NCBI GenBank assembly: GCA_943359455.1
Contig: CALRHL010000002.1
Span: forward strand, 7,665 to 71,664
DNA: 64,000 nucleotides
Direction: 5' to 3'
From: Candidatus Uhrbacteria bacterium RIFOXYB12_FULL_58_10
GTDB lineage: Bacteria > Patescibacteriota > Patescibacteriia > UBA9934 > GWF2-40-263
The notes beneath the pieces are model-generated. The model had not been told where the DNA came from. It made no database searches and was given only the letters and a program-made list of their open reading frames with translations. The position numbers were made by a program, and so were the translations under genes. Positions 57,113 to 64,000 of this stretch are shown piece after piece. How positions within the stretch are numbered: the stretch's first letter is position 1; each line of letters starts with the position of its first letter.

Positions 57113-57647
57113 AGATGCCGAGCTGTTCGAAGCCTTCTTCTTCGAGCTGCATGATTTCATCTGAGGTGAATGGACGCATGGAGCTTGGGGGTTGCCAGTT
57201 TCGCTCCGTGGCAACGGTTACAAGCATGTAGGCCGCGAGTGCATCAAATGCGGTCATGCGCGATTCGTTTTCGAATCGACGACAGGTGTGGTACAGTGCC
57301 GTCTTGATGACCAAGTAACGCTTGATCAACGCGTCAGGATTTTTCGACTTCAAGAGGAAATCCTGGAGTGGAGTGGCGACTGCCATGAATCCGTCGATCG
57401 CAATGAGCCAGCCCGCGACGAGCAATGCGACGTCTTCGTAGTTTTTTACGTTTGCTGATCCAATCGAACCGATTGAGATAGCAATGACCTGCGTGCGTTC
57501 TTCGGGCGGCAAAGACATCGTTTCCATGATCGATTCAGGAGTCATGGGACATGCAGGATTGAGCGTTGAGTACATCTTTTCTCCATGAGTCGTGTCACGA
57601 AATGTGACAAAGAAGCATAGCAGATAAAAGAGTATCTGTCTAGACAT
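57111..57647 (-). CDS. Hypothetical protein
   Basis: 178-aa ORF; probable start at MYSTLNP (57575). Hydrophobic segments present; no family recognised. Confidence 0.5.
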   Translation of the reverse strand: MSRQILFYLLCFFVTFRDTTHGEKMYSTLNPACPMTPESIMETMSLPPEERTQVIAISIGSIGSANVKNYEDVALLVAGWLIAIDGFMAVATPLQDFLLKSKNPDALIKRYLVIKTALYHTCRRFENESRMTAFDALAAYMLVTVATERNWQPPSSMRPFTSDEIMQLEEEGFEQLGI

Positions 57648-57685
57648 TCAAATGTAGATCATTTATAATCGCGTTTGCAAGCCAT

Positions 57686-57771
57686 GGGCAGATACTCAAG
57701 CGGTCAACGAGGAGAGACTGTAAATCTCTTGGCTCACGCCTTCGAAGGTTCGAATCCTTCTCTGCCCACCA
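57686..57771 (+). tRNA. tRNA-Tyr (anticodon GUA), class II long variable arm, CCA encoded
   Basis: Acceptor GGGCAGA/TCTGCCC, anticodon stem AGAGA/TCTCT with loop CTGTAAA, variable stem-loop GGC-TCAC-GCC, T-arm GAAGG-TTCGAAT-CCTTC. TTTATAAT -10 just upstream. Confidence 0.85.
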
Positions 57772-57779
57772 TCCCACTT

Positions 57780-58005
57780 CGCTCTTCGAGCTACGTTAGG
57801 GATGTATCCCACAGAACAGGCGAAGTGGGATGCCCCTAACGAAGCTTGAGCAAAGCGAAGTGGGGCTCTGTTTCTATCCTTCGCTCTTCGAGCTACGTTA
57901 GGGATGTATCCCACAGAACAGGCGAAGTGGGATGCCCCTAACGAAGCTTGAGCAAAGCGAAGTGGGGCTCTGTTCCTATCCTTCGCTCCTCAATCACCAG
58001 AAAAA
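57780..58005. repeat. 102-bp tandem repeat, about 2.2 copies, between tRNA-Tyr and tRNA-Thr
   Basis: Unit CGCTCTTCGAGCTACGTTAGGGATGTATCCCACAGAACAGGCGAAGTGGGATGCCCCTAACGAAGCTTGAGCAAAGCGAAGTGGGGCTCTGTTTCTATCCTT. Copies at 57780-57881 and 57882-57983 differ by 1 nt. Internal hairpins ATCCCAC/GTGGGAT and CGTTAGGG/CCCTAACG. Confidence 0.85.
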
Positions 58006-58008
58006 CCC

Positions 58009-58083
58009 GCCGCTTTAGCTCAGTGGTAGAGCAACACTTTTGTAAAGTGAAGGTCCCCGGTTCGAGCCCGGGAAGCGGCTCCA
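58009..58083 (+). tRNA. tRNA-Thr (anticodon UGU), CCA encoded
   Basis: Acceptor GCCGCTT/AAGCGGC, D-arm GCTC-AGTGGTA-GAGC, anticodon loop TTTGTAA, T-arm CCCGG-TTCGAGC-CCGGG. One A.A mismatch at 27:43. Confidence 0.8.
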
Positions 58084-58142
58084 TTCGACTCCTTGACCAA
58101 TCTAGGCTGATTTGATACTGTTCTGGCATTGAAAAAACTATT

Positions 58143-58298
58143 ATGTCTCAAGATAACATCATTAAACTCGAATGCTCAACCTGTAAGAATGTTGGGTATA
58201 TGAGTCACAAGAATAAAAAGATGCTGAAGGAGCGTCTGGAGCTTAAGAAGTTTTGCAAGTGGTGTAAAACGCATATTCCTCACAAGGAAACGAAGTAA
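58143..58298 (+). CDS. rpmG: 50S ribosomal protein L33
   Basis: 51 aa MSQDNIIKLECSTCKNVGYMSHKNKKMLKERLELKKFCKWCKTHIPHKETK with the L33 zinc-ribbon pattern. Below the ORF-track size cutoff. Confidence 0.85.
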   Translation: MSQDNIIKLECSTCKNVGYMSHKNKKMLKERLELKKFCKWCKTHIPHKETK

Positions 58299-58322
58299 AA
58301 CCGCCTTTTGGCGGATTTTGCT
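58297..58322. terminator. Rho-independent bidirectional terminator (AAAACCGCC-TTTT-GGCGGATTTTG)
   Basis: Perfect 9-bp stem and T-tract. Serves rpmG and the convergent minus-strand gene. Confidence 0.7.
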
Positions 58323-58369
58323 TAAAAAAAGACCACGTGGCAACGCGACGTGGCAAGGAAGGGCGTGCG

Positions 58370-58921
58370 CTACCTCGAGTGGTACGCGATGGCGGTCTTG
58401 AGGTCTTCGAGATTGTGGGAGGGACCGCGGTTCGGTTTCGTCAGGCTATCGATCGACTTCCAGACGATCTTTCCGTTGACGATGAGGAGCAGACCGTTGC
58501 GGATGCGGTTTTGTTCTTCCTTCGGGATGTGAACATCGAGAAGGATTGCGAACTCGTGGCTCGGGATGAGTACCTGTTTTGCTCCACTGATACATTTGGC
58601 GTAGTGGATGTAGCTTCGGTACGCGTTGCCGTAGGTCGTTGGTTCGCCTGCGAGTATGTGAACCGTAACTGTTTCATTCGCGAATCTTTCCATGAGCGCC
58701 TGCATGGCGACACGGAAGTCGACGAGATCCTTGAACGTGGCGATGACCACGATTCCGTCACCCGAAGCGAGCTCGCTCGCATGTTTTCCATTCTCGACCG
58801 TTCCGGCGTGCCGGAATGTTGCCTCGGAAGGGAAGTTGATGAGCTCGTTGCTCGGGCCAGAAGTATCGATGCGGAGAGAATCCTCACCTTGATCGGCGAG
58901 GGGAGGGAGAGCGGTAGACAC
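58370..58921 (-). CDS. Hypothetical protein (183 aa), weak thioredoxin/peroxiredoxin-fold resemblance, locally high GC
   Basis: Coherent minus-strand frame. The overlapping 250-aa plus-strand ORF is R/D/V-rich antisense. Pattern GKHASELASGDGIVVIATFKD...FAILLDVH...LLLIVNGKIVW loosely resembles redoxin topology but has no CxxC. Confidence 0.45.
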   Translation of the reverse strand: MSTALPPLADQGEDSLRIDTSGPSNELINFPSEATFRHAGTVENGKHASELASGDGIVVIATFKDLVDFRVAMQALMERFANETVTVHILAGEPTTYGNAYRSYIHYAKCISGAKQVLIPSHEFAILLDVHIPKEEQNRIRNGLLLIVNGKIVWKSIDSLTKPNRGPSHNLEDLKTAIAYHSR

Positions 58922-59073
58922 GTGCGTGACCTCATGACCGTTGTTTCAGAACGTGCTTCGAGCGGATCCCGAAAACACGAGGCGGAGTGTACCCTGCTTC
59001 TTGCGATGGGTCAAGATCGGTTTAAGCTGGCATGTTGGAACTACATAGGTTATGTGGTATACTTTGGTTTGAT

Positions 59074-59748
59074 ATGGCACATCTCTTAAAAAAGAAAACA
59101 GATGCGATCTTATTGAGAAAGAAAGGAGCGTCAGTTCCTGCGATCGCTCAATCGTTAGGAATTGCGAAAAGTACGACGTGGTTATGGGTAAAACATGTAG
59201 TTCTTTCAGAGAGACAAGTGGCGGATCTTGTAAAAAATTCTGTTGATGGTCGCAATACTGGAAAGCAGGTGCTTGCGGCAGTTCGTTTAGCACACCAAGT
59301 TGTAAGACAAAAAAATGCAAAAACGATAGTTTCAGATCTATTAACAGTGCAACCAGATTCGTTTTGGAAAGTTTTCGCAGCAATCTTATTCTGGTGTGAA
59401 GGAGGTAAGCGACATTTAACATCAGTAAGATTTACGAATTCAGATCCGGAACTCCTCCGTGTATTTTTATATGCTTTTCGTAAAGGTTTCGACCTTGATG
59501 AAAGGAAATTTCGTGCGGTTGTACACATTCATGGATACCATGATGATTTAAAACAAAAGAAATTTTGGTCAGAAGTAACAGGGGTTTCAATGAAACAGTT
59601 TTCAAAATCATACGTAAAACCGAATACAGGGAAACGGGTACGTCAAAACTATCAAGGGTGTCTATCGCTTCGATATAATGATGCAGCCCTTGCTCGGATG
59701 CTAGACGCCTTGTATCATGCATTCGCAGCACAGATAGGGGCTTGGTGA
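59074..59748 (+). CDS. HTH-domain protein with possible LAGLIDADG-like segment
   Basis: N-terminal LRKKGASVPAIAQSLGIAKSTTWLWVK HTH. AAILFWCEGGKRH...VRFTNSDPELLRVFLYAF loosely resembles a LAGLIDADG motif and following helix. The 3' end overlaps the tRNA-Trp 5' end by 13 nt. The listed ORF starts at 59032. Confidence 0.45.
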   Translation: MAHLLKKKTDAILLRKKGASVPAIAQSLGIAKSTTWLWVKHVVLSERQVADLVKNSVDGRNTGKQVLAAVRLAHQVVRQKNAKTIVSDLLTVQPDSFWKVFAAILFWCEGGKRHLTSVRFTNSDPELLRVFLYAFRKGFDLDERKFRAVVHIHGYHDDLKQKKFWSEVTGVSMKQFSKSYVKPNTGKRVRQNYQGCLSLRYNDAALARMLDALYHAFAAQIGAW

Positions 59749-59809
59749 AATGGTATCACGACTCTCTCCAAAAGAGTTGTCGCAGGTTCGATCCCTGCAG
59801 CCCCTGCCA
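59736..59809 (+). tRNA. tRNA-Trp (anticodon CCA), CCA encoded
   Basis: Acceptor AGGGGCT/AGCCCCT, D-arm GTGA-AATGGTA-TCAC, anticodon stem ACTCT/AGAGT with loop CTCCAAA, T-arm GCAGG-TTCGATC-CCTGC, discriminator G. Confidence 0.85.
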
Positions 59810-59909
59810 CGTCGCTCGCGAGCGACGTGGCCTGCCACTCGGATTGAGAAGCGGGTCACGTCACTCACGGACGATGTCGATACAAATACGTCGCTCGCGA
59901 GCGACGTGG
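59807..59909. repeat. Two copies of a perfect GC-rich palindrome (CCACGTCGCTCGCGAGCGACGTGG); the first includes the tRNA-Trp CCA end
   Basis: 24-nt perfect palindrome at 59807-59830. 20-22-nt copy at 59888-59909. Flanking GGCCTGCC / GGCAGGCC are mutual reverse complements. Confidence 0.8.
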
Positions 59910-60007
59910 CAGGCCACTCGCTTTGGGTGACAGGCCAGTAGGTCGTGTCAACATGACTCAAAAGAACGCTGAAAGGCGCTCTTTTGTTGTGGTAGAATGA
60001 TTTTGGT

Positions 60008-60271
60008 ATGTGGTACTTCTATATCCTCCAAAGCCAGAAGGACAAAGAATATTTCTACAAGGGATCAACGGGAGATTTGAAGAAAAGATTTACTCAGCAC
60101 AATAAAGGTGAAGTGGATTCGACGAGGCCCCGTGGTCCATGGCAGCTCGTTTACTACGAGGCGTATGTTTCAGAGAAAGCCGCACGACTTCGGGAATCAG
60201 CAGTGAAACAAAGCGGTTCGATTTCCGTACCATTACTTCGAAGGATAAAATCTAGTCTTAATAATCTATGA
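60008..60271 (+). CDS. Small GIY-YIG nuclease superfamily protein (87 aa), paralog of 3367..3627
   Basis: WYFYILQS...FYKGSTGDLKKRFTQH...STRPRGP is the GIY-YIG core. Confidence 0.75.
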   Translation: MWYFYILQSQKDKEYFYKGSTGDLKKRFTQHNKGEVDSTRPRGPWQLVYYEAYVSEKAARLRESAVKQSGSISVPLLRRIKSSLNNL

Positions 60272-60509
60272 ATCTTGGCAATCTGAAACTGGAATAAAAC
60301 CACCAGAACTCTCTCCTGAGAATCTGTGGGAGGCCGCATTGTCATTCGGTGTGATTTTATCCACGAAAGACGATGAGATGACCAACAGGAAAGAGCGAAA
60401 TTTTAAAAAACCAACAGTTCATTAGCTTGCAGTGTCGCAGTCTGTACATGTCACTGCGAGGCCCTAAGCTGCCTGCTGGCAGGGGCCAGGCAGCATTCTC
60501 TCGAAATCC

Positions 60510-60557
60510 CAATAATCCAGTATCCAGACCTGACACGTCGTTCACGAACGACGTGTC
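60510..60557 (-). repeat. Repeat B copy 4 (diverged) fused to a perfect 12-bp-stem palindrome
   Basis: CAATAATCCAGTATCCAGACCTGACA then GACACGTCGTTC-AC-GAACGACGTGTC. Confidence 0.55.
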
Positions 60558-60853
60558 CTGGTCCCAAATGCCGGCGGAGATTTTTTGTTGGGGCAACGAA
60601 GATTCGAACTTCCATAAATGAAAAACGCTTCGGACAAGTGTCTCGAAGCGGACGTAGAGAGGATTATGATTTGAAGTGTGACTCGCTGCCACCGGGCGCG
60701 GCTCCTTCAGGAAGCCGATCGCGCCGTACGAGGGTCGGTCGCACGTGGATGACCTTTGGAGCGTTCGGATCGTCTCCATGGCCAGACGCTCGGCGCCAGT
60801 GTCCCCTGCGATAGTGTGCACGAACCTGGCCAGATGGGTATTACACAGGACCG

Positions 60854-61789
60854 TTGATCGACACACATTTGCATATCGCAAATATTCCAGACGCGGATCT
60901 CGACGCAACCGAGGAGGAATTGGCTGAAGAGGCAGGTGGTCGTCCGTCGCTTGGGGTGAATGTGACGATTCCGGAGATTGCCTGCGTGCTACAGCAGGAA
61001 GGAACCACCTCCGCCCTTTCATTTTTTCCCGTTTATCCTGACGTAGAAAATCTTGCAAAACACATGGTTGACGTTGCCACACGTACCATGGAACTATACC
61101 CCGATCTTTTTATTCCGTTCATTATGCCACCGGATGACGATGGCAGTCCCGATGGGTTTCCAACGGTTGACGCAACGACATTGGAAGAGATGCTTGCGTT
61201 TGATCCAGATGTATTCGTTGGATATGGAGAAATAGGGTTGTACGAACGTGATGGTGGAGCAGCTGAATTATTGCCGGATGCCGACCGACTGATGGAGATT
61301 TACCCGATTCTCGACGAGCAACAGATCGCGGTTTACTTCCATCCAGGTGATGAAATGGGTGACAACATGGAGACGGTCCTTGAAGCCTATCCAAACACGA
61401 TTTTTATTGTGCACGGGGATCAGATCGCGCCTTATATTATCGACCTCATGGACAACTACGAGAATATTTATTTCACCATGAATGATTTGTATGGTGATGA
61501 ATGGTTATTGCGTGATGAAGTAGGGAAGGATGGGTTTTTGGAGTACTTTGACGAAAATGGATTCGATGATATGATACAGGAAGACCTTGCCCTCTACGAG
61601 GACATGATCAACGCGCATCCAGATCGTTTTATGTGGGGAACAGATCGCGGCGGAGAATCGCCTTGGACATACGACATTGAGGTCGGACAGATGCTCGCGG
61701 ATTATGGTCGCGCCTTTATCGGGAGTCTTGATGAGGATGTCCAAGAAAACTTTGCCTATAAAAATGCTCAACGTATTTTTGCATTTTGA
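60854..61789 (+). CDS. TatD/amidohydrolase-like TIM-barrel metal-dependent hydrolase (very acidic)
   Basis: N-terminal IDTHLHI metal-binding motif, internal HxD/E pattern (FIVHGD), acidic composition. Confidence 0.6.
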   Translation: MIDTHLHIANIPDADLDATEEELAEEAGGRPSLGVNVTIPEIACVLQQEGTTSALSFFPVYPDVENLAKHMVDVATRTMELYPDLFIPFIMPPDDDGSPDGFPTVDATTLEEMLAFDPDVFVGYGEIGLYERDGGAAELLPDADRLMEIYPILDEQQIAVYFHPGDEMGDNMETVLEAYPNTIFIVHGDQIAPYIIDLMDNYENIYFTMNDLYGDEWLLRDEVGKDGFLEYFDENGFDDMIQEDLALYEDMINAHPDRFMWGTDRGGESPWTYDIEVGQMLADYGRAFIGSLDEDVQENFAYKNAQRIFAF

Positions 61790-62163
61790 TCATTCGAATG
61801 ATTAGATCTGGAGCTTATACAGCAACAGGTCTATTAGCAGAATCGGTAAACAGGATGAATATGCACAACACAGATTCACTTTTGGTAATTGAAAGACAGC
61901 TAGATATTGCAGGGATTTCCGGGGCCGCGAAGGAAGCGGTCATGAGTCAATTTGTTGCCATTCCAGAAACAGATCCGCGCTTCCAGGCTTTCTTACAGTT
62001 CCTACAAGAGTTTATCCGGCTGCAAAAAATAGACAGTATCGAAATTGAGGAACAGATAAAAATAGAAAAAATTGCTTGGACAGAAGCTAAAGACGATATT
62101 TGGAAACGGGCGCAAGGACGTCTTGATTCGGTGATGAAAAAATATGACAAAGAAACATCCTAG
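61786..62163 (+). CDS. Hypothetical protein (125 aa)
   Basis: ORF with 4-nt overlap to the upstream gene; no family recognised. Confidence 0.4.
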   Translation: MIIRMIRSGAYTATGLLAESVNRMNMHNTDSLLVIERQLDIAGISGAAKEAVMSQFVAIPETDPRFQAFLQFLQEFIRLQKIDSIEIEEQIKIEKIAWTEAKDDIWKRAQGRLDSVMKKYDKETS

Positions 62164-62356
62164 TTCTGCGCCTCAAACAGAAGAGGAGAAATGGAAAGAA
62201 AAAATGTTGACCAAAGTCATGCATGAATTTGAGGCAAAAATGCGCATGTTAAAAAAGAAGAAAGCGTTATTGAAAAAAACGATCGTCCACAAACAGACAA
62301 TGGAAAAAATTTCACGTGTCAGAGCACACATTGCTAAAAAGTTTGTAGATTCTTGA
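62144..62356 (+). CDS. Hypothetical lysine-rich small protein (70 aa)
   Basis: Overlaps the previous gene's end; K/E-rich, likely helical. Confidence 0.35.
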   Translation: MTKKHPSSAPQTEEEKWKEKMLTKVMHEFEAKMRMLKKKKALLKKTIVHKQTMEKISRVRAHIAKKFVDS

Positions 62357-62357
62357 T

Positions 62358-63416
62358 ATGAATGAATCTTCTTTTCGGTCACCGAACAGGGAACAATTAA
62401 AGGTACAAAGAGAAGTTTTGGTTCCTCGTGAACAGTCTTCCACCGTCGAGATCTCTTTACGTTCCTCAAATGAACAGGTTGGAGAGTTTACGCAAGATCT
62501 GATTCGTTCATTATGCAACGATTCTGAAGGCGGTTCTGTTTCTCTTGACGAGAGAAAACTGACAGTGACCATCGTTGCTGATGCCTTTTTTTCTCAAGAC
62601 GATCTGCTTAACCAAATGACCGAGATTGAGACGAGTGCCCATACATCCGTTCAGACTGAACGTGCTCGAAAAGAAGGCGAGAATCGAAACAGAGATGAAA
62701 CGACATCAAGCGTTCTTTCTTCTGTCGTGGACGAGTTGAACCTGCGTGCAAGGGGATACTTTTTAGGGGAACACGTGCAAGATGAACGGGGAACTCTTAC
62801 GAAAAAGGAAGCAGATGCGAATGCAATTGCTGTTGTCATTGAGGAGGTAGCGATTGTCACAAAGTTATTTACGGGCGTTTCTTTTTATACGGATCTTTTT
62901 GTGCGTGGTGCTCAAGAAATCTTCATTAAGCCTCAAGAGCGTAGAGCTATTTTGGAAACACTTAAAAAAGAATCAGAAACTTCATCGAGTTTTCAAAAAC
63001 AATGTGCAGAACAATATAAAGCATTGGTTACACGCCTTTTATCTTCAGAGCATCTTACTCCAGAAGAAATGACCTCTGCTTTAGATGAGTTGCGTCAGGT
63101 CATGTTCGAGACGTATCGGGAACAACAGACCGTTGATGTACTCGTACTGAATCGCGTCGAGGAGATTTTGGAAAGACACATTCAACCTCGCATTACTGTA
63201 AAAGATCTTGCGGTATCTGCGGCAAAAACAGCACTCGTCACTTCCACTCTTCCGATTAGCGGTGCTCTTTATTTGAAGTCTCTCTACAAACTTATTAAGT
63301 TAGGTATTAAGGTCCACGGAACGGTAAAGAAGATGGATGCACGTGTCGGGAAAATTCGCGATATCTATGCGAGACATGAGACACACCCAACATCAGAACT
63401 TGCCGCGGCGGCATAG
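62358..63416 (+). CDS. Hypothetical protein (352 aa)
   Basis: Starts 2 nt after the previous stop; no family recognised. Confidence 0.5.
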   Translation: MNESSFRSPNREQLKVQREVLVPREQSSTVEISLRSSNEQVGEFTQDLIRSLCNDSEGGSVSLDERKLTVTIVADAFFSQDDLLNQMTEIETSAHTSVQTERARKEGENRNRDETTSSVLSSVVDELNLRARGYFLGEHVQDERGTLTKKEADANAIAVVIEEVAIVTKLFTGVSFYTDLFVRGAQEIFIKPQERRAILETLKKESETSSSFQKQCAEQYKALVTRLLSSEHLTPEEMTSALDELRQVMFETYREQQTVDVLVLNRVEEILERHIQPRITVKDLAVSAAKTALVTSTLPISGALYLKSLYKLIKLGIKVHGTVKKMDARVGKIRDIYARHETHPTSELAAAA

Positions 63417-63646
63417 AGTCATGGGAATAAAAAAATGAGCCATGAGGCTCAAAGATGGTATCGGTCTTCGTCTAGTTGACTACACTGGTGTGGACAGAAT
63501 CTGTGTTCTGGCAAGACTTTTCTAGCAAGACAATTAAAGGCCAGTAGGCTTTAGGCATGAGGCCAGTAGGGAAGACTCGAAGTTTTCCTTCGGGCTTAAA
63601 GTCTCCTGGTCGATCACAACAGAATTTCTGTGGATAAGAAAACATG

Positions 63647-63672
63647 TTGACATGTTTTTTTTCTGCTATAAT
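63647..63672 (+). promoter_or_regulatory. Promoter with extended -10 (TTGACA ... TGcTATAAT)
   Basis: TTGACA at 63647-63652, a short 14-nt spacer, TGC-TATAAT at 63664-63672. Confidence 0.45.
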
Positions 63673-63708
63673 CAAACTAATTTAATGCTTATTTAATTTC
63701 GTCGATGT

Positions 63709-64000
63709 ATGTCTACCACGTTTTTATCGTGGCCGTCTCTTTTGAAGAGAGGGTTATTTTCGTTTTTAATTTTCGCAATTGCGCTTGGAGCGCAGGCAAG
63801 TTTATTTGCTGGGCTTGCACAAGCGGTTGTTAACTCGGACCAGCCACAGTTTTCCGTGACGACCTGGAAGAATGGTCAAACAAAGTTAGTTCTTACATTT
63901 GACATGCCAGTTACGGGAGTTGGCGGAACTGATTTGACGATAGAAGATTTTACCGTCGAAGGAGCAAACGCGATTAATATCTCGGCAATCGACCACGTTG
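63709..64000 (+). CDS. Secreted protein, 3' end truncated by the window
   Basis: MSTTFLSWPSLLKRGLFSFLIFAIALGAQA signal peptide (AQA-S cleavage-like). Frame open to the window end. Confidence 0.5.
   Translation, partial: MSTTFLSWPSLLKRGLFSFLIFAIALGAQASLFAGLAQAVVNSDQPQFSVTTWKNGQTKLVLTFDMPVTGVGGTDLTIEDFTVEGANAINISAIDHV

Noticed and set aside
58337-59089. 250-aa plus-strand ORF downstream of rpmG
   Set aside because: R/D/E/V-rich antisense-like composition. The minus-strand 183-aa frame over the same DNA is more protein-like. A strong terminator sits right after rpmG.

Overview
The window looks like a 64-kb slice of a small, moderately low-GC bacterial genome. Gene content suggests Patescibacteria/CPR (many GT2 genes, DUF4012, small GIY-YIG proteins, single-chain GlyRS, weak Shine-Dalgarno), but this is inference. 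Housekeeping genes are mreB, frr, glyQS, tpiA, holB, msrA, trhO, rpmG, cspA-like, four tRNAs (Thr-GGU, Tyr-GUA, Thr-UGU, Trp-CCA), an M16 peptidase, an aminotransferase, Ldh_2, glycerate kinase, ABC-F, and a MarR-controlled HlyD/MacB-type efflux operon. Between these lie accessory, repeat-rich segments, listed in order.

(i) A 5' DUF2779/DUF3800 gene pair followed by an HD hydrolase with a long structured leader.
(ii) An 8.5-16 kb accessory stretch with two Fic proteins, a truncated DUF2200 gene, a frameshifted membrane gene, and a 35-nt dispersed hairpin repeat family with four copies across the window.
(iii) An unusual pair at 35.6-41.3 kb: a vWA/MIDAS protein with an N-terminal HExxHxxH motif, interrupted by an in-frame TAG, next to a giant 1133-aa MoxR-like AAA_5 ATPase. 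The ATPase has a beta-propeller-like N-terminus, a ~400-aa coiled coil and a non-canonical Walker A (GEAGVGKN).
(iv) Two MITE-like elements. One is 578 bp with 24-bp TIRs and carries a GxxExxY gene. The other is 161 bp with 25-bp TIRs and has solo ends elsewhere.
(v) A ~4.4-kb high-GC island at 43.8-48.2 kb with minus-strand genes of unknown function that all carry strong AGGAG ribosome-binding sites, unlike host genes.
(vi) A tRNA/rpmG locus disrupted by a 102-bp tandem repeat, a perfect 19-bp inverted repeat abutting tRNA-Thr, a high-GC insertion between rpmG and tRNA-Trp (including a possible LAGLIDADG-like HTH protein), and perfect 24-bp palindromes overlapping the CCA end of tRNA-Trp next to a second GIY-YIG gene.

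No rRNA, CRISPR array, integrase or transposase was recognised. All coordinates are 1-based from hand counting, so element boundaries may be off by a few nucleotides.
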